Source: Dictyostelium discoideum (lineage: Eukaryota). From it: a stretch of 64,000 nucleotides of DNA. The stretch's first letter is position 1. Each line of letters starts with the position of its first letter. The notes under the pieces were generated by a model. It made no database searches, had not been told where the DNA came from, and saw only the letters and a program-made list of their open reading frames with translations. Positions 1 through 13,515 of the stretch are shown one piece after another. The stretch is taken from NCBI GenBank assembly GCA_000004695.1, contig CM000155.2:1472001-1536000 (forward strand), written 5' to 3'. The position numbers and the translations under genes are program-made.

Positions 1-506
1 CTGGTTTAAATGAATTTAATAATTTACAATTAATTTCAGATTCAATAAAAAAGTGTGATGGATTTATTATAGTTTATTCATTAAATAATAGAGAATCAAT
101 TGATAAAATTGATTATTATAAAGATATAATTAAACAATTTAAATTTAAAGATTGTCCAACGATTTTAGTAGCAAATAAAATGGATTTGGTCGATGAAATT
201 GTAATTAGTAAAACTGAATCATCAGATTTATCATCATATTATAAATGTCCAATGGTAGAATCAAGTTGTAAAAATTTAAATTCAATAGTTTCAGTATTCA
301 ATTTAATTTTGGAAGAAATTAATAAATCATATTTAGAAATTGAAAAACAAGAAGTTCAAAATAGAAAACTATTACTTAAAAAAACAAAAACAGAATATCA
401 TTTACAACCAAGTTTAAAGAAAACAAAAAGTGAATTTTGTTTACAAAAGAAAAAAACATTTGTTTCATTTTTTAAAAATACATTTAAAGATATTGTTTCG
501 AAATAA
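1..506 (+). CDS. Ras-family small GTPase, C-terminal portion; the gene begins upstream of the window
   Basis: In frame with ORF 180..506, the upstream sequence translates ...CDGFIIVYSLNNRESIDKIDYYKDIIKQFKFKDCPTILVANKMDLVDE.... This matches the G4 NKxD and G5-flanking pattern of Ras/Rap proteins. The reading frame is open from position 3. No CAAX box is evident at the C-terminus. Confidence 0.6.
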   Translation, partial: GLNEFNNLQLISDSIKKCDGFIIVYSLNNRESIDKIDYYKDIIKQFKFKDCPTILVANKMDLVDEIVISKTESSDLSSYYKCPMVESSCKNLNSIVSVFNLILEEINKSYLEIEKQEVQNRKLLLKKTKTEYHLQPSLKKTKSEFCLQKKKTFVSFFKNTFKDIVSK

Positions 507-849
507 TAACTAATAATAATTTTATATATTAAAAAAAAAAAAAAAAAACATATATATATAAGTATATAAATATATAAATATATATATATATATAATTATA
601 TAATAATAAAACCCCTTTTGTAAATAAATTTATAAATATTAAAATAATATTTAATATTAAAATAAAATAAAAAAAAATAAAAAAAATAGTTAATAAGATT
701 AACTATAAATAAAAAAAAAAAAAAAAATAAAAAAAAATTATATTTTGTATTTATATATTGAGATTGTTTTATTTATTACTTTTTTAAATTAAATTAAGAT
801 TTATTGATTTTTTATATCAAAAAAAAAAAAAAGGATGGAAATAATGATT

Positions 850-1614
850 TTATTGTTTTTTCTTTGAAGCTAACCATTCATCAATTTTTTTCTTTGTTTC
901 AACATCATCAATTAACATTTCAGGTGTTAAATGAGATCTATTGAAAGGATCAGTTTGATCACTAAGTAAATGTCTAAGGATAGTTTGTCTATCGATAACG
1001 GTTTTACTTGATGGTAAAATGACAGGATCAGTCATAAGAGTTGATAAGATTGGATCACAGAATTCATCTGGAATATCACCAAGATCTTCTTCAGCTTGTT
1101 CTTCCTCTTTGGCGACTTGTTCAAGTTTAATGACCAATTTTGAGAATTCATCCAATTCATGGTCATTCTTTAACCTTTCTCTTTGAAGAATCTTTTCACA
1201 AGTTTGGAACAATGAATTCTTGAAGGATCTACCATCTCTAACCACTGATTGTAAGAATCTTGGATCTCTACCAAAGTTTACATAGATCTCTGTTAATTGA
1301 TTCAATAATACCTTTGGATTGAAATGATATTTCTCTGGTTCTCTTACTTTGAGATTTGTACATTTTGGACCAACAATTAATGCTAAGAAATAATTCATCA
1401 TTGCTGAAATTCTATCAATTAATTCTGGTCTCATAAATCCACTAATAATGGTTTTATCACTTGATAAAAATAACATCATATCAATATTACTATTTGCTAA
1501 ACTTAAATTTGATTTACAAATTCTTTCATTTAAATCATTTTGTTCAATTTTTTCTTTTCTTTGTTCCTATTTTTATTAGAAATTTAAATATTAATTATTA
1601 AAATTTAAAAATAT

Positions 1615-1646
<32 letters not shown>

Positions 1647-4600
1647 TTATAAATATATATATATAAACTTACAGGTGTTAAATCTTTATCCCAATTTGGA
1701 TCGTCAAATAAAGTTTGATTTTCTTTAATTTTAGCTAATTTAGCAAGTGCTTCATCTAAAACATAAATTGAATCATTGATTAACATATTAATGAATTTAA
1801 TAAATATTGGATCCTTTGGAGTTTCAGTGAATTTCTTTCTAAAGTCTGGAATTGACCAAAGATATTTAAGAATTAAACTACTATAATGACGATATGAAAA
1901 CTTTTCATAAAATTGATTATGACCACCAGTGAACTCAATGTCCACATAGAATCTCATTAATGCCAATACCATATGATCCTTTACATCTTGATTACACTCT
2001 AACAATATTGGATTACCTTTTGAATATTTACTTGGTACAAATTGTGAAATAATTTCAATAATCTTTGCTTTCAAATATGGATTCTTAACATATTCTGGTG
2101 TTGCTAAAATTGTAATAAAAAATTTCATTAATTGTTCTAATTTAATATATTGTAAAACTTGACTAAAATTACTATTTTTTTTTTTTGAGATGAAGAGAAA
2201 GAAAAAAAAAAAAAAAAAAAAAAAAAAATTTATTAATAAATTTATAAAATATATAATATAAATAATAAATTTAAATAATATAAATAAAAACTTACGTTAT
2301 AACAAAAGTAAAGAAATCAACAATATCCTCAATACAAAACTCTGGTAAAGCTGCAAATTGTGGTGGAGCAGGTAATGGTAATGGTAATGGTGTATTCTTT
2401 GGATTGATTACTTTTAATATCCAATTTGTTGCAAATAATAAGAATGATGCAGTTTTTTGTAAAAATGTTGGTTCAAATAATTGTGCATCAATAGTGTATG
2501 TAATACCTTTTAACATATCCTCTTTCTTTGTTAATAAATCTAATTGACCTTCAAATAATCTACCTTGTGGTGTCTATATTTATAAATATGAATGAATGTA
2601 TTAATAAAAGTATTATTATTTATTTTTTTTAAAAAATTTTGTAAAACTTACATTTTGCCATTTAATTTTCGAATCTAATAAAACCCTTTTATTATTTTCA
2701 ATATCTTGTAAATTACGACCAATTAATTTTAATTTTTCATAAGTTGAATTGATACCAATATGTAAAGCTCTTAATGTTGAAAAGAAAGTTTCAGTGATGA
2801 AATTTGTATGAGCCAATGGTTTTTCAATGGTACCATCTTTAACCCATTGATCAGCCTCTTCTGAAGTTGCACATAATCTAGTATCCTTTGTGATATCATG
2901 TCTCTTACCAGAGAGTAAGAAATTAGTATCAACCATTGAAACCTTTGAACAATCGATATCGACAAATGCTTCACATAACAATACCAATACAGCACATAAA
3001 TTCAAAGCAAAACCATCACTACATGCTTTGGTACGATCAACTTGTAATTTATTACGTTCAAGATTCTTTTCAACTGCTGATGCTAACCATGATAAGAATG
3101 CTTCCTTATTCTCTTGTTGTACCTTTAAAAATCCTTTTAATAAATCAACTAATCCATTATGAATATTCATTTGAATTTGTCTAATTGAAATAAATGCATC
3201 ACCAATTGTATTTTTATTCATTGTTGATGCATTTGAAAAGTATTGTTTAATTGTTGATCCCTTTTTTTTTTTTTTTTTATATATATATAAATTAAAATAA
3301 TTATTAATAAAAAATAATAATAAAAATAATAAAAATAAAAATAAAAATAAAAATCAAACCTACATCATCAGAAGCAGAACTTGGTGAAAATAATGAACCT
3401 AAAATTGTATTACGCTCCATTTCTTTACCATTAAAATTTGGACTATTCCAACATTGTAAAGTAACAACAAGATCAGATACAGCTTTAAATTGTACCAATC
3501 TTGAAAATACTTTATAGTATGGGAATACATTACCAGTTAAAGTTGTAGTTGATAAAATTTTTATTAAATCTAAAAATATTGGTTCAAAAATCTATATATG
3601 TAATTTAATATCATAATTAATGTTAAAATTATTGTTCCCAAAATATTAATAATAAAAAAAAAATAAAAAAATACTTACTGGTGTTAGATCTTCTTGGTAT
3701 TCACTTAAAAATTTGAAAATGAATTCATCAGTTAATTCTTCAGTTGTTTCACCACAAAGATAAGGCATTAATTGAACTGGACCAATACCATAGGATGATG
3801 ATGTATTTTGAAACATATCGGGTATGGTTAAAACTAAACCAAAATATAAAAGTACCAATTCGGTTGAATCTTTTAATATTTGTTGATCTATTGCCATTTT
3901 CTTTTTTATAGTTTGTTGAATTCTATTAAAACATGAAATTAAATATTCTACAGCTGGTACACCTTGAACTTTTGTTGATAATCTTTCAACTAATATTCTA
4001 TCTAAAACTGGTTTATCTAATTTCAATTGTCCATCTTTTATCTCTTCTTTAATTTGTTCATTAACTGATGGTAAATAAATTGATTTCTCTGGTAAATTCT
4101 ACATAAAATGAAATAAAATAATATTAATAAAATAATAATTAATTAAATTATTAAAAAAAAAAACACAAAACAAATCATCATCTTACATTATTTGGTTGTA
4201 AATAAATTAAAAATATTTTTTCAAGTACATAGTAATTTGATTCTGTCATAGGAATATCGCATTGTCTGATAGAATCTTTTGTTGTTGGTGCTGGTGCTAC
4301 TGGTTTATTAGTGGTTATTGGGGTTGGTGTTACTGGTTTATTAGTGGTTATTGGGGTTGGTGTTACTGGTTTTAATGGACTGGTAGTAGTGGTGGTAGTA
4401 GTAGTAGTAGTATTTGGGGTTCTAACTGGACTAGTGTTTCCTTTTTGTTGTTGTTGTGATTGTTGTGATTGTTGTTGTTGTTGTTGTAATTGTTGTTGAG
4501 CAGCTGCAGCTGCAATTAATTCTTCATCATTAATTTGAAACTTTTCTAATCTTTTTCTTCTACGTTCTTCTGCTAATGCTTGTTCATCAGTTTCCATTTT

Positions 4601-4705
4601 ATCTTTATTTGAGTCATTGTTATTATTATTTTCATCATTATTATTATTATCATCATCACCATCATCATCACCTCCTCCTCTGAATTTTAAAAACATTTTC
4701 TTCAT
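850..4705 (-). CDS. nosA: Ubiquitin conjugation factor E4 (UFD2 homolog) with C-terminal U-box; about 7 exons, about 1080 aa
   Basis: Minus-strand ORFs 4178..4705, 3646..4026(+), 3304..3498, 2616..3221, 2292..2516, 1598..2128 and 850..1479 are joined by short AT-rich introns with GTAAGT/GTAGGT donors. Approximate exons are 4705..4186, 4098..3679, 3591..3364, 3258..2650, 2575..2297, about 2128..1668 and about 1566..850. The C-terminal exon encodes a U-box: DEFCDPILSTLMTDPVILPSSKTVIDRQTILRHLLSDQTDPFNRSHLTPEMLIDDVETKKKIDEW. The body has the UFD2 core. The N-terminal exon is poly-Gln/Thr-rich. Dictyostelium NosA is the known UFD2 homolog of about this size; the symbol is assigned from memory, not from a search. 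Confidence 0.8.
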
Positions 4706-6094
4706 TTTTTCTTATTTTTTTTTTTTTTTTAAAATTTGTTTTATTTTTTTATTGTTACTATTTAATTAAAGTTGAAAAAGAAATAAATATAAAATAAAAA
4801 TTGATGTAATATGTTTTTATTTGTGTGTTTACTTAATATGAAAAAAAAATAAAAAATAAAATTAAAAAAAAAAATTGGAAATTAATTAAAAAAAAAAAAT
4901 GAAAATTAAAAAAAAAAAAATTAATAAAAAAAATATTTGTGTTCACAAAAAATTAAAAACATTTGTAAAATTCCAATAATTTTATTATTTTTTTTTTATT
5001 ATAATCAAAAACTTTTGTGATTAATCACTACTGACTCAATTTTTATTATTTAACACTTATATCAATTTATTTTTTTTTTTTTATTATGACCAAAAAACTT
5101 TTTTTTTTTTTTTTTTATTTTTCATAAAGTAAATAATTAGAGATCTTGATTTTATGTCTTAACTTTGAGTTATACTTACGTAATTTTAATTTTTTTATGG
5201 ATCAATTAAGAACAAAAGCAAATTGATAAGGAAAAACCATTTAAACAAGTAAATAAAACAACCTCTGTTTCAGTCTCAAACATGGATAATAGAAATAGTG
5301 TACCTTTCCAAATTGAACTTCAAAAACAACAACAAAAAGAAATATAATATTATCACAAATGGATTATCTAAAATAAAGATTATTTGGATGAAAAATTGAA
5401 AATTTTAAACTTAAACTATATAAAAAATAGAATGAAATAATAAATAAAGATATTATTTGTCATAAAATTAAATAATTTTTAAAATATAAATAAAATAAAA
5501 AAAATAAAAAAAAAGTTTTTTATTTATTTTACTAAATCGGAAACAAAAAACCAAAACAGGAATCTATTGATCAATCATTAAAAAGAGTAAAAATGAAAAC
5601 TAAATAAAAAAAAAAAAATTAAAAAGAAAAAATTTCTTTTTTATTTTTCATTCATTAAAATCAATTCTAACAAAATAACTAATAAATAAAAAAAAAACAA
5701 AATGTTTTAAAAAAAAAAAAAACACAATGTTTTAAAAAAAAAAAAAAAACAATTACATTATAAAAAAAAAAAAAAAGAGTCAATGGTATTGTGAAAAAAA
5801 AAAGTAAATTATTTATAAAACATTATTTAAAATAATACCAATTGTTTTTTTATTATTATTATTATTTTTATTTATATATAGGACACAATAATAAAAAAAA
5901 TAATAAATAATAAAATTATTCTTTATTTCAATTTAATAGTATTTTTTCAATTTCTTTTTATGATTAATTAGAGGGTTTAAAGAGTTCAAAAAAAGAAACT
6001 TCAAACATGTAATATTAATTTGTTATGTCAAGTGTTCGAAGGTAAATGAGCTAATTAGAATATTGTAATTCCTGGGTATTACCTCTTTTAAAAT

Positions 6095-6150
<56 letters not shown>

Positions 6151-6786
6151 GAAAAAAAAAGAAAATTAATCAATCACAATTCTCTCTGCCTCTCTCAATA
6201 GATTATAGTTTAACAAAAAAAAACAACAAATCAATCAATATGAAAATCAATCATTTTAAATGAATGTTGTTTTTTTAAATACTATAACAATTTTTTTAAT
6301 AATATCACCTTCAAAAAAAGTAAGTTATTTTTTTTTTTAAATAATAATAATTACCATCACTGAAACTGTAACAATTTTTAAAAATTCAAAATACCTAGGT
6401 CACATCAAAATTTCTATAAATGCGAAGTGTTCTCAAACCAAATAATCCATGATGAAAATGTTGTAGTTAAAGAAGAGATCAAATAAGCTGCTAAAATAAC
6501 TACAATTTCAATATCAATCTTGGATAATAACAATTAAGAAATTTTTTGAAATTTCCCTGCAACATTTTTCAATAAATAAAAAATAATTAAATAAAAAAAC
6601 GATGAATTTAAAACACAATCTTTAATTTTTTTTTTTTTTTTTTTCTATGAGTCATTACGAGGTGAGTGTTATAATAAAAAAAACATAGGACAAGTCGATC
6701 TTTTCAAAAATATGTCAAGCTAATTATAATAAAATAATAATATTTATTTTGTTATTTTTACACGTTAGATATTAGTATTAGTAATG

Positions 6787-6798
6787 TTATTATTATTA

Positions 6799-6887
<89 letters not shown>
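6787..6887. repeat. (ATT)n microsatellite, about 33 units, in a 2.9-kb AT-rich intergenic desert
   Basis: Uninterrupted tattattatt... run visible in the sequence. The surrounding 4.7-7.6 kb has no long ORF and several A-runs of 40-60 nt. Confidence 0.9.
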
Positions 6888-7084
6888 AATGATTACTTTT
6901 AAATTTTTTTTTTATTTTATTTTTAAAACCATTAATTTAGATTAAAATTTATTTTTAACTTATTAAAAAAAAAAAAATTTTAAAACATATACAAAAACAC
7001 GTTGTTTTCAATTAAATGAGAAAGTCAAAAAAAAGTTTTTTTTTCTTTTTTTTTTCCTTAATATCTTTTTTTTAATATTAACTT

Positions 7085-7116
<32 letters not shown>

Positions 7117-7614
7117 TTCTCCAAACATATCTTTTTTTAAAAAAAAAAAAAAAAAAGTTTTTGGGTGTTATGTTTAAAATTGGACTATTATCAGTCAAAT
7201 AAAGATAAATTAAAAATTTTTAAAAAAATAAAAAAATAAAAAAAAAAAATAAAAAAAAAAAAAAAAAGGGAAATTAAAGAAAAAATAAAAAAAAAAAAAA
7301 AAAATTTCATTTTTCAATACAGTGTTTTTGAGACACTTAAATATCAAAAAAAAAAAAGCAAATAACACCCAAAAAACAACAATTAAATATCACAATAATC
7401 AAAAAAAAAAAAAAGCCACAATAAATTATATAGCCATATAAGAATAGCTATAATTTATCAAACATTAATATTAATCTCACCAGAATTAACTTCAAATTTC
7501 AAAAAAACAAAAAAAAAAAAAACCACAACTACAATAAAAAAAACCATTACAAATATATATATATATATATATTTATATATATGAATTAAAAAAAAAAAAA
7601 AAAAAAAAAAAAGA

Positions 7615-8727
7615 ATGTTACCAATATCATATACAAATTTAAATAGTAGTCGAATTACAAGAGATGGGACAGCATCATCAGCGTCGAGATATAGAAGGTT
7701 AATACCTGAATATTTTAGAAGAATATTTCATTATCCTCAAATGGATATAGAATATACTTTTTGGATTATGTTTTATTTATGTTTTAACCCATCAAGAGTT
7801 TATAGAGTTACATCATGGCATAAACGTAAGATTAATACATATAAAAAAAAAAAAAAATTAAAAAAAAAAATAAATAAAAATAAAAATAAAAAAATAAAAT
7901 AATAATAATTGTTTACTAATACTATTTAAATTAAAAAAAAAAACAAAAAAAAAAAAAAGAAACAAAGAATCAATGGGCAAGAGATGATCCTGCCTTTGCA
8001 GTTATATTAGTATTTTTTATGGCAATTGCTTCAATGTCTTATGCGATCACTTTTCATTTTTTATCATTTTTAAACGTCATAAAGTTTGTATTTTATTTTA
8101 TTTTATTTTATTTTTAATAATTTATAATGAAAAATATATTAATATTAACTAATGTTTATTTATTATTTATTATTAGAGTTATGTTTTGGGCGGTATTTGT
8201 AGATTTTATTACAGTTGGTTTATTAATTGCAACTATAGGTTGGTGGGTAACAAATAAATTTTTAAGAGTTTCAGTTCATAATCATAGTGTAGATCAAAGT
8301 GTAGAATGGTTATATGCTTTCGATATTCATTGTAATTCATTCTTTCCACTTTTTATCATTTTATATGTCGTTCAAGTAAGTAATTTCATAAATTAAAATG
8401 AAAAAAAATATAAAAAAAAATATATTAATGTTTTTTTTTTTTTTTTTTTCATTTTATTTATGGCATACCTTATAGTTCTTTTTATTACCAATTCTATTAT
8501 CAAATTCATTATTTGCAGCTATATTATCAAATACTTTATATATTATAGGATTTTCTTATTATTACTATGTAACCTTTTTAGGATATAATGCATTACCATT
8601 CCTTCAACACACAGTAGTATTTCTATATCCAATTGGTATTCTTTTTGCTCTATACATTGTGTCTGTAGTAATGGGAAAGAATTTAACTGTATCAATTATC
8701 AATTTCTATTTTGGTTTTCAATTATAA
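7615..8727 (+). CDS. UNC-50 family membrane protein (GMH1/UNC50 homolog), 4 exons
   Basis: Hand-derived exons are 7615..7825, 7960..8083, 8177..8375 and 8476..8727, with GT..AG introns and consistent phases. The spliced product aligns with conserved UNC-50 motifs: RRL..YFRR..QMD.E, QWARDDPAF, VGLLIATIGWW..NKFL, EW.YAFD.H.N.F.PL and YYYYVTFLGYNALPFL. Confidence 0.85.
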
Positions 8728-9022
8728 ATAAATAAATAAATAAATAAATAAATATTTAAATATTTTCAAGAATAAATAAATAAAAAAATAAAATAAAAAA
8801 ATAATATATAATAATATATAATAATAATAAAGCAACACAAAAAAAAAAAGTAATATTTAATAACAAATTTATACTTTTTTTTTTTTTTTTTTTCCCATTA
8901 AAAAATAAATATTTCTTTTCTCTTTATTAATATGCACGCACGCATTTCAATATTTTTATTTTTATTTTTAACTTTAATATGTTTGTTTTTTTTTTTTTTT
9001 ATATATAGATTAAAAATTATGT

Positions 9023-9662
9023 TTAAAGTGGATTCCATTCATCATCCAATAATGAGAAATGAGTTTGAGTTTTATGATCCAATGAATTTACTACTGGCGA
9101 AAAACTTAAAGTAGATTGCGGTCTATTTAATCCATTTATACTATTGTTATAATTATTATCATTATTATTATTATTATTATTATTGTTAAAACTATTATTA
9201 TTATTATTATTATTATTACTATTACTATAAAAACCATTACTACCATTATTAAATGTTGATGGTGGTAAAATTGGTTTTTCCTTTGGTGTTCCAAATGTTT
9301 TATTCATTTTCTCAAATTCTGGGAAAACATTATCAAAACTTGTGCCACTATTATTATTATTATTATTGCTGCGATTATTATTATTATTATTATTACTGAT
9401 GAAACTATTCGTATTATTTACACCATAACTTCCATCCAATAAATTCTTTATATTATTGCTGCTACTATTTAAACTATTATTACCACTACCACTAGAGTTA
9501 CTATTATTTTCGCTTGTAACTAAATCTGATACTTCAATTGGAATTAAAATTGTCTTTTTTATAAATAAAGAATCTTGAGTCCACATATTATTTAATCTTT
9601 TTATATCATTTACCTGTTTTTTTTTTTTTTTTTTTTTTTTTGTTAGGATTTTAAAATGATGG

Positions 9663-9759
<97 letters not shown>

Positions 9760-10087
9760 AATGAGATGATAATGATGATGGATTTAAATTAATTAATTTA
9801 CTCACTTTTACATTATATTTTAATGCTAAACCTTGAAGGGTATCTTTCGGAGTTAATTGATGTACTAAATATTTTGATTTCTCAGCACTATTTTTAATTT
9901 GTGGTGGAGTTGTAGTTTTACTAAATGTTGACATAGTTTTACCAGAGTCATCATATTCATCAGTTCCCATTAATTGTGATAATCCTGATTCTCTACTATT
10001 ATTTCTACTCTTATTAAATTGACCCATTGTTGTTGTTGGTGATGAGGAATTTGATGTAGTTCCATTTAAAAAATCCCAATCTGACAT
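9023..10087 (-). CDS. LysM-domain protein with internal poly-His tract (about 37 His) and Asn/Ser-rich low-complexity regions
   Basis: ORF of 354 aa. YLVHQLTPKDTLQGLALKYNVKVSKLINLNP fits the LysM consensus (DTL..IA.KY.V....L...N). A (CAT)n tract encodes the His run. Confidence 0.6.
9658..9779. repeat. (GAT/ATG)n trinucleotide repeat, about 38 units; the coding poly-His tract of the LysM gene on the minus strand
   Basis: Perfect gatgatgat... run preceded by a poly-T tract. Confidence 0.9.
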
Positions 10088-10666
10088 TATTTTGTTTGTG
10101 TAAATATAGTTTCAATTTTCCTATTATTATTTTTTTTTTTTTAGTTATTATGTCTTTTTTTTTTTTTTAATGTTATAGTAAGTATTGTTATTAAATATTG
10201 TGTGTTTATTGATGTTTTAAAAAAAAAAAAAAAAATAAAAAAAAAAAAAAAAAATAAAAAAAAACAAAAAAAAAAATAAAAAAAATAAAAAAAAAAAACA
10301 AAAAAATAAAAAAAATTTAAACAAAAAAAAATAAAATAAAAATAATAATAATAATAATAATACATATATACGTACAGTTACAGTCTATTTTTATAATGAA
10401 AAAAAAAAAAAAAATGGAAATGAGCGAATATATAATATATATATTTTTTTCTTTTTATTTTTCTTTTTCTTTTTCTACACTTTCTGAAAACTGAAAGATA
10501 TTTTTTTTTTTTTTCCTTAAGGCATTAAATTTAAAAAATAAAAAAAATTAAAAAATTAAAAATAAAAAAAAAAAATAGGAAAAAAAAAAAAAAAAAAATA
10601 GGAAAAAAAAAAAAAAAAGGTTTGGGGTATAAGTCATTTGATTTTATTCCTTTTTAAAATTCCATA

Positions 10667-10697
<31 letters not shown>

Positions 10698-10851
10698 TTT
10701 TTAAAAAAAATTAAATAGAATTTTCTTAAATTGTTTTTTAGATTTAATTTTAATTAAAGATAATAAATTAAAATTGTTTATAACGCAATATTTAAATCCA
10801 TATTATTTTCGAAAAAAAAAAAAAAAAAACTGGTTGGGAAATGAGCTGTTT

Positions 10852-10885
<34 letters not shown>

Positions 10886-10970
10886 TTTTAATTTTGATTT
10901 TTTATTTTTTTATTTTTTTTTTTTTATTTTTTTTATTCCAGGCAGTCCATTACCATCACCAAAAAAAAAA

Positions 10971-11268
10971 ATGAATAGAGCTTTAATCTTAACTTTTGTA
11001 TTGTTTTTTGCACTTTTTGCAATTTCAAGTGCAGTAAATGTTGAAAATGATTTTTCAAGTCCAGTATCTCAGTGTAAGTGTCTATGAAATAAAAAAAAAA
11101 AAAAAAAAAGAAAAAAATAATAAAAAAAAAAAAACTATTAACCATTTCCAAAAATAAAATTATACTCTTAATAATATAGTTTGTGCAACATTAAGTGAAC
11201 TTAAATGTTGGATAAATAATATTTGTTTTTGGAGTACAGCAGACAAGAAATGCAAACCATTACATTAA
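10971..11268 (+). CDS. Small secreted cysteine-rich peptide, 2 exons (10971..11073, 11180..11268), about 64 aa
   Basis: ATG follows an A10 tract. Exon 1 encodes a hydrophobic signal peptide, MNRALILTFVLFFALFAISSAVNV.... It ends at a GTAAGT donor in phase 1. An AT-rich 106-bp intron ends in ATAG. Exon 2 encodes FCATLSELKCWINNICFWSTADKKCKPLH and a stop. The product has four Cys. No homolog was recognised; the model is from sequence only. Confidence 0.4.
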
Positions 11269-11430
11269 TAAAGTTTCTATTAAATAATTAAGTTTAAAAA
11301 AATAAAATCCATTTTCCCACTCAACTTTTTTTTTATTTTTTTCAACTTTTAAATTTTTTTATTTTTTTTTTTATTTTTTTTATTTTCTCATCCTGAAAAA
11401 AAAAAAGTTGAGAGTGGAAAAAAAAAATAA

Positions 11431-11970
11431 ATGGATACCAATAATACCAATAATATAAATAGTTTAGAAAATCCAATTGATTTAGAGAATGATCCAAATA
11501 TATTATTTACAGAATTAAATGTTAAATTAGAAAGTCTAATAACATTTTTAACAAAGAATGATAAAGATAATCAAATTTTTGTTGATGAAATAATTGATAA
11601 TAAAGTAACGGATTTATTGATAGCATCAAAGGAATTAGAGAATTATTTCATATCACAACAATCTAAATATAGTGCAGAGAAAAATAAAATTCAATTAAAA
11701 CAAGAGATATATAAAGTTAAAAAGGAAATTGAAAATAAGGATCGTTTAATTGAAAGATATAAAAATAAAGTTAAAGAATGGAAATACCATTTCGAACCAC
11801 TCTATCAATCTCAAAATCATATCTTACATTCAACAGCTCAAGGTTTATCAGGTATTGAAAATCAATTCTCACCAGTTTTCACACCAATGCCAAATACACC
11901 AAGTATTCTTCAAAATTTATCACAAGCAAAACCATCACCTTCATTAGGACTTGGTTCAACAATTTTGTAA
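11431..11970 (+). CDS. Mediator subunit Med28-like coiled-coil protein (179 aa)
   Basis: Single ORF. The segment KVKKEIENKDRLIERYKNKVKEWKYHFE parallels human MED28 [28 protein letters not shown]. The upstream region also parallels MED28. The match is from memory and not verified. Confidence 0.45.
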   Translation: MDTNNTNNINSLENPIDLENDPNILFTELNVKLESLITFLTKNDKDNQIFVDEIIDNKVTDLLIASKELENYFISQQSKYSAEKNKIQLKQEIYKVKKEIENKDRLIERYKNKVKEWKYHFEPLYQSQNHILHSTAQGLSGIENQFSPVFTPMPNTPSILQNLSQAKPSPSLGLGSTIL

Positions 11971-12063
11971 AAAATAAAAATTTAAAAAATACACACATAC
12001 ACACATACTTTTTTTTTTTATAATTTTTTTATTTTTTTATTTTTTATAATTTTTTATAATTTT

Positions 12064-13303
12064 TTATAATTTTTTATAATTTGTTGGGACAAACGGCATT
12101 TTTGAAATTGTGGCAGTAATTGGTTTACCACGAATTGAAACATTGACTTGAGTACCGATTTTAGAGAAAGGAGTTTTAACGTATGCCATTGAGATTGATT
12201 GACGGGTGATTGGGGAGATAGTGCCACTTGTGACTTTACCGATTTCTTGGTTTGTTGAAGGGTCGAGGATTAAACAACCTTCACGAGCAGGAGCACCATT
12301 GATGATGACACCAACACGTTTTTGTGGACAACCATCCTTTTGTAATTGTTTTTGAATGATTGAAGCACCTGGGAAACCACCTTCTTCTCTACGACGTTTA
12401 CTAATTAACCAATTGAGTGATGCTTCGATTGGAGTGATATCATCATTTAAATCATGACCATACAAACAGAGACCAGCTTCTAAACGAAGTGAATCTCTAG
12501 CACCTAAACCAGCTGGTTTAATACCACTTTCAATTGAGGCATTACTAGTTGCTAAAAACAATTCAGCCAATCGTACGGCTTGTTTTGATGGTACGGAAAT
12601 TTCAAAACCATCTTCACCTGTGTAACCACAACGTGTCACTATGCAATCGATACCTGCGATTGTCATTGGACGTTGTGTCATAAATTCCATATTGGTAATA
12701 TCTTGATCTTTTACGAATTTTTGTAATATTGATTCAGTGGTTGGACCTTGGATAGCGATCAATGAGAGATCTTCCAATAATTGCATACTTACATCGTGTG
12801 TTGGATTGACAGATTTGAATTCTTTAATCTTTTCATTAATATGTGAAATATCTTTATCTGCACAACCTGCATTGACAACTACATACAATGAATCACCAGC
12901 ATTGGTAATCATTGTGTCATCGATGATACCACCTTTCTCATTGGTGAATACTGATAATTTTGAATGTCCAGTTGGTAATGCTTGTAAATCTGCTACTACA
13001 ATTGACTCAAAGAATTTAACACGATCTTTACCATGAATTCTTAATTGTCCCATATGAGAAACATCAAATAATCCACTCTCTTTTCTAACATGTAAATGTT
13101 CTTTCATAACACCTGCTGGATATTGAACCGGCATTTCCCATCCACAAAATGGTACCATTTTTGCTCCTAATTCTTTATGTAATTCATTTAATGCTGTTTT
13201 TTTTAACTAAAAATTTTATTTGTTTTTTTTTTAATTTTAATAAAAATATAAATAATAAATAATAAATAATAAATAATAAATAATAAATAATAAATAATAA
13301 ATA

Positions 13304-13363
<60 letters not shown>

Positions 13364-13449
13364 TAAAAAGAAATACATACTTCATTTGATGATGAAAAAT
13401 AACGTTTATTGGATTTTTGAATAATTTTAATTATATTTTGTGAAATCAT
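12064..13449 (-). CDS. gcvT: Aminomethyltransferase (glycine cleavage system T protein), mitochondrial; 2 exons (13449..13381, 13206..12064), about 403 aa
   Basis: Exon 1, MISQNIIKIIQKSNKRYFSSSNE, is presequence-like and ends at a GTATGT donor. The 174-bp intron contains an (AAT)/(AATAAATAAT) repeat. Exon 2 begins LKKTALNELHKELGAKMVPFCGWEMPVQY and carries the GcvT motifs GYTGEDGFE and LGARDSLRLEAGLCLYG. Confidence 0.9.
13251..13372. repeat. (AATAAATAAT)n plus (AAT)n microsatellite inside the gcvT intron
   Basis: Visible tandem units. Confidence 0.85.
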
Positions 13450-13476
13450 TGTGTGTTTTAAAAAGAAATCTTTGAT

Positions 13477-13515
<39 letters not shown>

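Noticed and set aside
2771-3184. Small ORFs 2771..2995 (-), 2890..3162 (+) and 2936..3184 (+)
   Set aside because: They are alternative-frame or antisense ORFs inside exon 4 of the UFD2 gene.
4311-4499. + strand ORF rich in V/G/C
   Set aside because: It is antisense to the Thr/Pro/Gln-rich first exon of the UFD2 gene. It is a low-complexity mirror ORF.
12737-13036. + strand 99-aa ORF
   Set aside because: It is antisense within the gcvT coding exon.
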